This document shows, piece by piece, positions 7,469-17,924 of a stretch of DNA of 64,000 nt. The position numbers and the translations under genes are program-made. The stretch is taken from contig CAYGDI010000001.1 in assembly GCA_964348695.1 (NCBI GenBank), positions 159,473 through 223,472 of the forward strand, given 5' to 3'. The first letter of the stretch is position 1. Each line of letters starts with the position of its first letter. The stretch comes from an uncultured Candidatus Saccharibacteria bacterium (GTDB lineage Bacteria; Patescibacteriota; Saccharimonadia; Saccharimonadales; Saccharimonadaceae). The notes under the pieces are model-generated. The model ran no database searches. It had not been told where the DNA came from and saw only the letters and a program-made list of their open reading frames with translations.

Positions 7469-8515
7469 GTGCCAAACAAAAGTGAAAAAAGAGAGCAAGT
7501 TGTTACGAAACGATTTGATGAAGATCAGGCGGGTTGTGATGTTGGTTTTGTGACTGTTGAAAAGAGTAATGCACAGCGCAGTACAACCATGGATACTATA
7601 GTGGACGTCACGCTCAGAGTAACGCGTATAGGAAAGAACGGTGCTTTTTGTGGCTATACAGAATGTCCTGATATAGAGGACGACAAAAAAGTTGTCTTTG
7701 GGGATAATGTTTCGGGGTTTGAGGAGCTCACTGCCGTCAAGGTGATGTTGCATCCAGAATTGATTCCACAACACGCCGCGCGTGACGGACTGGTGACTAT
7801 CGGAAAGCGCCAGAGAGGCATAGAAGCAGATAGAACTATAGCTGGATATTCTCTGAGTGAAAATTTGACTGATGATGATTGGCTGGTAGGCAAAGACACA
7901 ATACTAGATGCGCTGAAGAATGGGTTGGAAGGTCAGGACATGCAACGTTTTTACCCACTACTCTATTACCTCTTGAACAACGCACTTCTACGCAATCATC
8001 GGTATCAAACATTGGTAGATGACGCAGCTGACAAATGCTATGCCGATAAAGACATGGCTGAGATGACACAGGCTCAGTTGCTTCGTGCGATGGAGATCAC
8101 TTCTATATTCGATGCTATCGCGGTGGAAGATGAGGAAATGTTAGAGAATCTTACCGTTTTTTCTGCTGTTCCTGCCAGCCGCATCTCCAAAGCGTTTAAA
8201 AAATCGCGTGTGCAGGTCTACGAATACGAAAACGCAGCTAGAGAAGCTGCCGAACAACTGTACCTTCCTGGTCTTACGTATGAGCCTATCGGGCAGGTAG
8301 TAGGCGGTCGATCGTGGCCGTATATGGATGCTACATTGAACCCTGAAGATGAAAGAAGTTTTGGTCGTGAGCTGGCGGCGCTAGAGGAAAAGAATGTTAC
8401 TCCTGCTGCCCATGAGCTAAAACGGGAGTTGGATGAGGTTCGCCGAAGAGCGGATAGTGCACGAACTTCTCATATCATGCATACGGTACTTTTGGACAAG
8501 GAGCAGGCTGCATAA
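7469..8515 (+). CDS. hypothetical protein (no recognisable domain)
   Basis: 348 aa. GTG start follows GGAGG plus 6 nt. Normal amino-acid composition with a coiled-coil-like C-terminus. Confidence 0.65.
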   Translation: MPNKSEKREQVVTKRFDEDQAGCDVGFVTVEKSNAQRSTTMDTIVDVTLRVTRIGKNGAFCGYTECPDIEDDKKVVFGDNVSGFEELTAVKVMLHPELIPQHAARDGLVTIGKRQRGIEADRTIAGYSLSENLTDDDWLVGKDTILDALKNGLEGQDMQRFYPLLYYLLNNALLRNHRYQTLVDDAADKCYADKDMAEMTQAQLLRAMEITSIFDAIAVEDEEMLENLTVFSAVPASRISKAFKKSRVQVYEYENAAREAAEQLYLPGLTYEPIGQVVGGRSWPYMDATLNPEDERSFGRELAALEEKNVTPAAHELKRELDEVRRRADSARTSHIMHTVLLDKEQAA

Positions 8516-8519
8516 AACA

Positions 8520-9281
8520 ATGGCTGAGCTGAAGGGCGATGAAAAAATAGTCGTCATGTCTGATATTCATGGATATGACAATCCCCTTGCCCAAGCTATT
8601 GATTTTTATGGCGATCAACCCGATAGATATCTGGTAATCGGTGACATGATCGGGGGTGATGGTCCGCATAGTGCACAGGTGCTAGATCGCCTGCAACAGG
8701 TCGACGCCGACGTCACACTAGGAAACTGGGAGTTGTATTTGCTCGCTGGTATGCTACACCAGGACGAGTATACGCGTCATGGTATTCAGTATTCTATGCG
8801 ACCTTTTGAACAAAACTATCTGGGTGTTATTGCTGGTTCGTATGGAGTTGCTACTAAAGGCATAGAGCGCAGCGAGGCGATCAAAAGATTGCGAGAAAAG
8901 ATGCAACAGCGTGGGCATTTGCAAATGCTGGCACAAGCGGCATTGTATTTTGAGGGAAGAGATTTTGTTGCGATACACGCGGGATTGACTGACCAAGCAT
9001 GGTTGCCGCAAAAACAGACATTGTATGGGTCAAGGCAAAAGATCACAAGCGGAGAATTTGATGAGCCTCAGCAGATTATAGACCTTGGTCTTGCGCGTCA
9101 ATCCGAAGCCTTTGGTGCAACACATAAAACAGTTGTTACAGGACACACCCATTCTCCGAGAGGCAGCAGGATCAGTGCGAATGGCGCACGTGTTCGTATT
9201 GGCAGTCAACTAGATCTTGGTCGCCCACTTTATGCCTGGCAGAGCTGGAACGGTGAACTAAAAGAAATACCGCAAAAATAG
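8520..9281 (+). CDS. metallophosphoesterase (calcineurin-like)
   Basis: Motifs SDIHG, GDMIGG, GNWE and GHTH in the canonical order. ATG at 8520 lies 2 nt after the previous stop. Confidence 0.8.
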   Translation: MAELKGDEKIVVMSDIHGYDNPLAQAIDFYGDQPDRYLVIGDMIGGDGPHSAQVLDRLQQVDADVTLGNWELYLLAGMLHQDEYTRHGIQYSMRPFEQNYLGVIAGSYGVATKGIERSEAIKRLREKMQQRGHLQMLAQAALYFEGRDFVAIHAGLTDQAWLPQKQTLYGSRQKITSGEFDEPQQIIDLGLARQSEAFGATHKTVVTGHTHSPRGSRISANGARVRIGSQLDLGRPLYAWQSWNGELKEIPQK

Positions 9282-9364
9282 TTGTATTTTGCCCAAAAAC
9301 CCTTTATCTCAGAGTGATAATTCGGTATACTACATACAGTAATAACAAAGGAGAGAAAAAGAAA

Positions 9365-9577
9365 ATGGAAGTATTAGCATTTGGTTTGACCTATGCTATC
9401 ACTGCTGGACTATGTGGTCTAGGAGTCGGTATCGTCGCGGGATCTGCTGTGCAAGCAGTCGGTCGCAATCCAGAAAAAATAAGTGAAATAAGAAGCTTGA
9501 TGATCTTGGGTATATCATTTGTTGATGCCTTGGCTATCATCGCCATCATCGTGGCTATCATCGCACGATCTCTTTAG
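9365..9577 (+). CDS. atpE: F0F1 ATP synthase subunit c
   Basis: 70 aa hairpin proteolipid (GLGVGIVAGSAVQAVGRNPE). RBS AAAGGAGAGAAAAAG. Confidence 0.9.
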   Translation: MEVLAFGLTYAITAGLCGLGVGIVAGSAVQAVGRNPEKISEIRSLMILGISFVDALAIIAIIVAIIARSL

Positions 9578-9583
9578 GGGACT

Positions 9584-10129
9584 ATGGAAAATCTCATTTT
9601 ATTTGCAGCCACAGAGAGCCCAGCTCAAAAACCCGATCTCTTCGGTGTATTGGGTATTGATTGGAAATTGCTTTTACTGCAGACAATCGCCTTTTTGTTG
9701 ATGTTGTGGATTTTGAAGCGTTTTGCCTATCCCCCACTGAATCGTGCGCTCGAGGAGCGTCAAAAGACAATCGAATCTAGCTTGCAAGCAGCAAAGGAAG
9801 CTGAGACAAAGGCCGAAAAAAGCCAAGCAGCAGTAGAAAAGATGCTAAAAGAAGCCCAGACGCAAGCAAGTGAAATCGTTGCGACAGCTAAGACAGAGGC
9901 TACCGCAGCTATCGAAGCAGCTGAGGCAAAAGCCCGCACAAAAGCCCAGCGAGTGCTTGATCAAGCGCATGAACAAGTCGAACAGGACATAGAGGCTGCG
10001 CGCAAATCTCTACGCAAAGACACGATCGAACTAGTCGCAATGGCTACAGAAAAAGTAGTGCGTGCAAAAACAACTTCTGGCGAAGATGAAAAACTGATTC
10101 AGAACGTTGTAAAAGAGGTGCAAGCATAA
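9584..10129 (+). CDS. atpF: F0F1 ATP synthase subunit b
   Basis: N-terminal TM segment plus a long Ala/Glu/Lys-rich helix. Position in the operon. Confidence 0.88.
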   Translation: MENLILFAATESPAQKPDLFGVLGIDWKLLLLQTIAFLLMLWILKRFAYPPLNRALEERQKTIESSLQAAKEAETKAEKSQAAVEKMLKEAQTQASEIVATAKTEATAAIEAAEAKARTKAQRVLDQAHEQVEQDIEAARKSLRKDTIELVAMATEKVVRAKTTSGEDEKLIQNVVKEVQA

Positions 10130-10515
10130 TGTCCGTTTCACGACGACAGGTTGCGATGCATGCTGCACAAGAGCTTGCTACTGGAGTCGACACTGCAATA
10201 GTCGCTCAACGATTGGCCGCATATATTGTCGATACCAAATCATCTCGGATGGTGGAGCTGCTTGTTCGTGATATCGAGCTTTATTTGCATGAGAGATTTG
10301 GTCATAGTGTCGTACATATATCTTCCGCCCATGAGATCGCAGGACAATTACAAAAGTCTATTATTGCCCAGCTTGGATTAGATGTAGCACATGTAGAAAT
10401 CGAGACATCTATCGACGAGCAGCTGATTGGTGGTGTCGTGGTTGGCAGTGCGGGTAAAGAATTTGACGGGTCAATTAAACGTTCACTGAAGACAGTGGCG
10501 TCGTTAGCAAACTAA
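10129..10515 (+). CDS. atpH: F0F1 ATP synthase subunit delta (short, 128 aa)
   Basis: C-terminus IDEQLIGGVVVGSAGKEFDGSIKRSL resembles the delta/OSCP consensus. Lies between atpF and atpA. Confidence 0.75.
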   Translation: MSVSRRQVAMHAAQELATGVDTAIVAQRLAAYIVDTKSSRMVELLVRDIELYLHERFGHSVVHISSAHEIAGQLQKSIIAQLGLDVAHVEIETSIDEQLIGGVVVGSAGKEFDGSIKRSLKTVASLAN

Positions 10516-10551
10516 ACGGTACAAATGAAAAAAGGAGCAAAGTAGATAACA

Positions 10552-12081
10552 ATGGCAGGTACAATTTCGGTAAAAGAACTTTCTAAAGAACTAAAAGATG
10601 CTATTGCTAATCTTGATGTCAGTGGGTCACTAGAAGATACGGGTATCGTAACGCGTGTTGGCGATGGTGTTGCATGGATTTATGGGTTATCAAATGCTGG
10701 TTACAGCGAGATCGTAGCGATTGAGACCGACAAAGATGAGGTTGAAGCGTTTGTTCTCAACCTCGGCGAAGATGATATCGGCGCAGTTTTGTTGGGTGAA
10801 GACTCTGCTGTCAAAGCCGGCGCCAAAGTGCGATTGACTGGCAAGACATTGGAAGTTCCTGTTGGCAAAGAGCTACTGGGTCGTGTTGTTGACCCTCTAG
10901 GTCGTCCTCTAGATGGTTTGGGTCCTATAAAAACAAAACAGACTGGTCCAGTTGAGAATGCAGCTCCTGGAGTGATGCAACGTAAATCTGTCCACGAACC
11001 ATTGATGACGGGTATTATGTCTATCGATGCCATGTTCCCAATCGGTCGTGGTCAACGAGAGTTGATTATCGGCGACCGACAAACTGGTAAAACGGCTGTT
11101 GCTGTAGATACCATGATCAATCAAACTCGACAGAAGAGTGGCGTTGTCAATGTATACGTTGCTATTGGACAAAAACTCAGCAAAGTATCTCAGTTGGTTG
11201 AAAAACTACGTGAAGAAGGTGTGATGGATCAGACTATTGTGGTTGCGACCGGTCCGAGTGATCCTGCATCACTGCTCTATCTCGCGCCGTATTCGGGTAC
11301 TGCTATGGGTGAATATTTCCGCGACAACAAACAGCACGCTTTGATGATTTATGACGATCTTACAAAACATGCTGTTGCTTATCGTCAGATGTCGCTACTG
11401 CTTCGTCGCCCACCAGGTCGCGAAGCGTATCCAGGCGATGTGTTCTACCTACATTCTCGTTTGTTGGAGCGTTCAGCAAAATTGTCCGACAAATTAGGCG
11501 CTGGTAGTTTGACTGCCTTGCCTATTATCGAAACTCAAGCTGGTGACATCTCTGCCTATATTCCTACTAATGTGATTTCTATCACTGACGGCCAGATTTT
11601 CTTCGAAACTGATCTGTTTTACCAGGGTATTCGACCAGCTATTTCGGCAGGTCTTTCGGTCTCTCGTGTTGGTAGCGCGGCGCAGACAAAAGCCCTAAAA
11701 AGCGTCAGCGGCAATCTCAAACTTGGGTTGAGCCAGTTTCGTGAGCTTGCCAGTTTCGTACAATTTGGCTCTGATCTCGACGAAGATACTAAGAAGCAAA
11801 TTGACCTAGGCCAGAGGTTGACTGAACTACTTAAACAGCATCAATATCAACCAATGGGAGTGTGGGAACAAGTAGCTAGTATTGTTGCTATCCAGTCGGG
11901 TGCGTTTGACATAGTCGCCGTCAAAAAGGTCAAAGAAGCTCAAGAAGCACTACTGAGTGAATTGTGGTCAAAACAAAAAGAAGCCATGCGCGAGCTCAAC
12001 AAAGGTGACAAGCCAACAGACAAGCTGACTGCTACTATCACAAAAACAGCTGAAAAAGTTGCGAAAGGATTTAAGGAATAG
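10552..12081 (+). CDS. atpA: F0F1 ATP synthase subunit alpha
   Basis: 509 aa with Walker A GDRQTGKT. Typical alpha sequence throughout. Confidence 0.97.
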   Translation: MAGTISVKELSKELKDAIANLDVSGSLEDTGIVTRVGDGVAWIYGLSNAGYSEIVAIETDKDEVEAFVLNLGEDDIGAVLLGEDSAVKAGAKVRLTGKTLEVPVGKELLGRVVDPLGRPLDGLGPIKTKQTGPVENAAPGVMQRKSVHEPLMTGIMSIDAMFPIGRGQRELIIGDRQTGKTAVAVDTMINQTRQKSGVVNVYVAIGQKLSKVSQLVEKLREEGVMDQTIVVATGPSDPASLLYLAPYSGTAMGEYFRDNKQHALMIYDDLTKHAVAYRQMSLLLRRPPGREAYPGDVFYLHSRLLERSAKLSDKLGAGSLTALPIIETQAGDISAYIPTNVISITDGQIFFETDLFYQGIRPAISAGLSVSRVGSAAQTKALKSVSGNLKLGLSQFRELASFVQFGSDLDEDTKKQIDLGQRLTELLKQHQYQPMGVWEQVASIVAIQSGAFDIVAVKKVKEAQEALLSELWSKQKEAMRELNKGDKPTDKLTATITKTAEKVAKGFKE

Positions 12082-12087
12082 CAGTCT

Positions 12088-14380
<2,293 letters not shown>

Positions 14381-14483
14381 TATTGACCAAATAGTCCTTT
14401 AGTTGTATAGTAGTAATAGTAATCCTTGATATTTTTGAGGGTTAGGTAGTTTTCACTTCAACCCTTTTACAAAGGAGGAGCGT

Positions 14484-15320
14484 GTGAGTGACCTTACTCA
14501 CGATCTCAACATTGCCACTACAACGTGGCATAGTCGGTGGTATCACCACTGGCTAAACCTGACAGAGCGAAAGCCATCGCCGGAAAATCTGTGTCACTAC
14601 GTACGAGTGTTGCTCTTTTGGGCACCACTGGCGTGGTTGACTCGAGGGCGTGTCTTCAAGGTTGTCCCACCGTGGACAATTGCGCTAGGCATTCTCGCGA
14701 GCGGTGTGTTGATCACACTGTTCATGCTGTGGCCAAATGATGTGCTCAGGGTGCTGCTGATTGTCGGCTGCTTTTTGGGTGGTGCCTTGTTGGTGATTGG
14801 AGCGATCTTTATCGTCGACAATGGCCCACGTTGGGCGCGTATCGCACTCGCGTGTGTGACGTTTCCGATTTGGATCATCCCGTTGCTGATTGTTGCTCCT
14901 ATCGTGTATCTGACCGATAGATATGAGAAGGGCATCAAGGCATTTAAGCTCTGGTGGACGACACCACAGTATAGGCTGGCAAGTAGGACGCCTCTGGGTG
15001 TGCTGCTAGCTTCTATTGCTGTCGGCTTCCTAGCACTGATAGCAGTGGTCAACTTTAGTAAATTTCTGGAGTTGATGCTCATATTGGTGCTTGTGTTTGT
15101 TGGCGTGTTTCTGGTCATTGGTGGCATGCTTTTGCTCGATGAAGCGCAAGGAAGAAGCCGTGCTGGCAAGCCAGTATTTGGTGAAAAATTCGCCAGCATT
15201 TCTGACACGGTGAAGCTCGGTGCGACGTATGTTGCAACCAAAAAACGTGGCAGTAGAATCTGCCCGTTTATTCGCTTTGACGATCAGTCAGGAGTTGACC
15301 TAGGCAAAGAACCTGCCTAA
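14484..15320 (+). CDS. hypothetical polytopic membrane protein
   Basis: GTG start follows AAGGAGG plus 5 nt. About 6 TM segments. The long antisense ORF is its mirror image. Confidence 0.65.
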   Translation: MSDLTHDLNIATTTWHSRWYHHWLNLTERKPSPENLCHYVRVLLFWAPLAWLTRGRVFKVVPPWTIALGILASGVLITLFMLWPNDVLRVLLIVGCFLGGALLVIGAIFIVDNGPRWARIALACVTFPIWIIPLLIVAPIVYLTDRYEKGIKAFKLWWTTPQYRLASRTPLGVLLASIAVGFLALIAVVNFSKFLELMLILVLVFVGVFLVIGGMLLLDEAQGRSRAGKPVFGEKFASISDTVKLGATYVATKKRGSRICPFIRFDDQSGVDLGKEPA

Positions 15321-15517
15321 AAACCTCAGGGTTGAGGTCAGCGAGAAGCAAGGAAGCTTCTCGCTGGATTGGATTTGTAGAGCTTTGTATAGCTCCAAAT
15401 CCTTTTGCTTTCATACGTGTGTACGTATGCTGATGATTCCAAAAGGATGAAAAGCACAGTAGTTTTTATCTGCCTGTAACATGGTTATTTGACGTATTTT
15501 TTGGTATACTAACAGAT

Positions 15518-15940
15518 ATGAAACTACAACTTGTGACAGTACTGGGCACAAAACTCGATACAGAGGTGTATGGTATTACTTTGCCAACAAAAGCTGGTGA
15601 AATTTCTGTGTACGAGGGACATGAACCATTGATCACCCTCGCCCAGCCTGGTGTGATTGCTGTGAGATACAAAAAGCAAGACAGTGAAAAACAACTAGAC
15701 TATTTTGCGACTAGTGGTGGTGTTGTTGAGGTCAATGCCGATTCTGTCAAAGTACTGGTTGATGAGGCTGAACACAGTGACGATATTGTCGAAGGTGAAA
15801 CGAAAGCAGCATTAGACCGGGCTCTCAAGCTCAAACAATCTGCCAAGAATCAAGTCGAACTAGAAGAAGCTAGCCAACTAGTTGATAGACATGCTGTTCG
15901 GCTCAAAGTCGCTGGTCTTAGGCGACATCGACGCAGCTAA
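15518..15940 (+). CDS. atpC: F0F1 ATP synthase subunit epsilon
   Basis: 140 aa. Beta-sandwich N-terminus (LQLVTVLGTKLDTEVYGITLPTKAGEISVYEGHEPL) plus a helical C-terminus. Confidence 0.85.
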   Translation: MKLQLVTVLGTKLDTEVYGITLPTKAGEISVYEGHEPLITLAQPGVIAVRYKKQDSEKQLDYFATSGGVVEVNADSVKVLVDEAEHSDDIVEGETKAALDRALKLKQSAKNQVELEEASQLVDRHAVRLKVAGLRRHRRS

Positions 15941-15991
15941 GGCTGTCTATTCCCACACTTATCATGGTATAATAAGCCTTATAAGGAGTTG

Positions 15992-16417
15992 ATGATGGAG
16001 CGAAGCCCAACTACAAATGCTCTAAAAGTCGAAGAAGCGATCGCAGCTCGTCGACGTATCGGACATCGTGCCCTAGATCATGATGTATCACCTCGCACTC
16101 AACAAGAACCGCAACCAGAAAAAGAACCACTCTCTATTGGTGTCGGTAGTCTCGTTTCGTTAGACATATTAGATCGAGATATGGTAGTCGCGGTCTATAT
16201 ATCAGAAACAGAAAAAACTGTTGCAGACTTACCACCAGCTATCCAATCGCAATTACCTGAGCGTGTCAAAATAGATCCTGCTGTTCGTTATGATGACAGT
16301 AAAAAACAGCTTGATAATCTCGCTGATCGTTTACAGGGAAAGATGGTTGGCGATACAGTAGAGCTACTCAATGGCAAACTGGCGAAAGTGGACGATATTG
16401 TTCAGTTGGCGCTATGA
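15992..16417 (+). CDS. hypothetical protein with a GreA/GreB C-terminal-domain-like region
   Basis: VGSLVSLDILD...LQGKMVGDTVELLNGKLAKVDDIV resembles the GreA C-terminal FKBP-like domain. RBS AAGGAG. Confidence 0.45.
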   Translation: MMERSPTTNALKVEEAIAARRRIGHRALDHDVSPRTQQEPQPEKEPLSIGVGSLVSLDILDRDMVVAVYISETEKTVADLPPAIQSQLPERVKIDPAVRYDDSKKQLDNLADRLQGKMVGDTVELLNGKLAKVDDIVQLAL

Positions 16418-17359
16418 GATCAAAGTGTCGAGTAATGCTCTGACTTCAGTTGTGTCTCTAGTTTGCATCAGTTGGTTGCGCAGCTCGCTTGCACCTTCAA
16501 AATCTCGTATGTATATTTTGAAGAAACGTTTTAGTGTTTCAAATTTTCTTTTTTTCTCGCCTCTTTTGTCGTATAGATCTAGGTGAAAATGTAAAAGCTG
16601 CACGAGCTCTTCTTTGGCGTGAGTTGCAGGCTGCTTTTCAAATGCAAATGGATTGTTGAACACGCCTCTACCGATCATTACACCGTCAACATGGTATTGA
16701 TCGACGATAGATTGACCGTGAGAACGATCGCGAATGTCACCATTGGCGATGATCATTGTTTGTGGGGCTATCTTGTCGCGCAAGTCAACAATACCAGACA
16801 ATATATCCCAGTGAGCTGGTACTTTGCTCATTTCTTTTTTTGTGCGTAGATGTATCGTCAGCGCGCTAATATCCTGTTCTAGTAAAAATCTTAGCCACTG
16901 CTCGTATTCTTTTACACTAGAGTATCCCAGTCTGGTTTTGACACTGACAGGTAGTTCGGCTGTTTTTGCAGCAGCTATCATAGATTGTGCAAGTTCTGGA
17001 TTAGTAATCAAAGCTGCCCCACCGCCGGATTTTATCGCGGATTTATCAGGACACCCCATATTGATATCAATACCATCGTAGCCTAGTGTTTTGCAGTGTT
17101 TTGCTAGTGCTGCCATGTCTTCTGGCACGCCTCCCCAGAGTTGTGCGATGATGGGTTGTTCATCGTCTGACTTGTCTAGACGACCACCAACTGCAATATC
17201 GCCTGCATTAACCCAGCCGGTTGCGTTGGTAAACTCTGTAAAATACATATCGGGTCGTGCTGCACGATCGACAACTTTGCGAAAAACTATATCAGTGACT
17301 GCTTCCATAGGGGCAAGTATAAAAAGTGGTGTTTTCTGTTGATGCCAAATATTTTTCAT
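16412..17359 (-). CDS. dus: tRNA-dihydrouridine synthase
   Basis: 315 aa with LAPMEAVTDIVFR, GIDINMGCP and a TIM-barrel FMN pattern. Confidence 0.9.
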   Translation of the reverse strand: MKNIWHQQKTPLFILAPMEAVTDIVFRKVVDRAARPDMYFTEFTNATGWVNAGDIAVGGRLDKSDDEQPIIAQLWGGVPEDMAALAKHCKTLGYDGIDINMGCPDKSAIKSGGGAALITNPELAQSMIAAAKTAELPVSVKTRLGYSSVKEYEQWLRFLLEQDISALTIHLRTKKEMSKVPAHWDILSGIVDLRDKIAPQTMIIANGDIRDRSHGQSIVDQYHVDGVMIGRGVFNNPFAFEKQPATHAKEELVQLLHFHLDLYDKRGEKKRKFETLKRFFKIYIRDFEGASELRNQLMQTRDTTEVRALLDTLIS

Positions 17360-17386
17360 AGTATAAAAGTGGTTTTAGAAATTCAT

Positions 17387-17708
17387 AAAAAAAGAACCCC
17401 ACTCCCCTACGCCGGGCGGCAAATCAATCACTAGGATCGTATTTGCGCCGCTGGCGTAGGGTGTGGGTTTCGCTGCGATGCTATCGTGTCACTTTCAAGC
17501 TCACTCGTCGGTGTGGATCAAGTGTGCCCTACTTTAACGAGGATACGGTATCCTCCCCTTTGTACACGAAGCTGCAGCGAAGTGTCATCGGTGTCTCGGC
17601 GGCTACCGATGACAGGTGGTAACGTATCTGTTGCGCTAGAAGACCTCCATCTTCTTGCATCCCTGCCCTCCTCCCCAGCGGGCGAAGGTATACGTTACCA
17701 AACTGTTA
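17387..17708 (-). ncRNA. structured GC-rich 3' region / candidate ncRNA C, downstream of the 46-aa ORF
   Basis: About 320 nt with no plausible ORF. Consecutive helices are ggtaacgtat...atacgttacc, gtcatcggt...accgatgac and gaggatac-cg-tatcctc. A roughly 35-bp terminal hairpin (17395-17470) is followed by a U7 tract. Confidence 0.4.
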
Positions 17709-17849
17709 CTACTTGGGCTCGCCACAGTCTTTGCAGACTTCGCCTTTGCCCTTGCAGTGAGAACATGGCCACCCGGACATGCCGAGTGATTTGCCGTGTC
17801 CACTGCAGTTCTTGCAGGTTACGGTGCCGTTCTTGTGGTAACAGGACAT
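17709..17849 (-). CDS. 46-aa Cys-rich protein with DnaJ-type zinc-finger repeats (MSCYHKNGTVTCKNCSGHGKSLGMSGWPCSHCKGKGEVCKDCGEPK); absent from the ORF track
   Basis: ATG follows AAAGGAGTGG plus 6 nt. Two CxxCxGxG repeats plus a CxxC. Confidence 0.6.
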   Translation of the reverse strand: MSCYHKNGTVTCKNCSGHGKSLGMSGWPCSHCKGKGEVCKDCGEPK

Positions 17850-17895
17850 CTGCACACCACTCCTTTGTCTCGAAATGGTCTACTGACGGTCGTTA

Positions 17896-17924
17896 ATTAT
17901 AGACTTTTACTTGTCCGAAAGCAA
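17896..17924 (-). promoter_or_regulatory. sigma70-like promoter for the 46-aa ORF
   Basis: Minus strand reads TTGCTT-17 nt-TATAAT and overlaps the helicase stop codon. Confidence 0.45.

Noticed and set aside
14597-15241. 214-aa antisense ORF inside the membrane-protein gene
   Set aside because: It is the mirror frame of a hydrophobic CDS. It has no RBS and is Ser/Thr/Pro/Asn-rich, whereas the plus-strand ORF has AAGGAGG and clear TM segments.
15336-15368. SRP-RNA-like GGUCAG...AAGGAAGC sequence
   Set aside because: It is a perfect 11-bp hairpin (cagcgagaagc/gcttctcgctg) without the symmetric and asymmetric internal loops of SRP domain IV. Together with the next hairpin and its T-run, it is best read as a terminator.
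17486-17896. 136-aa plus-strand ORF across the structured region
   Set aside because: The translation is Cys/Ser/Arg-rich nonsense. The minus strand carries a well-signalled 46-aa ORF plus RNA helices.
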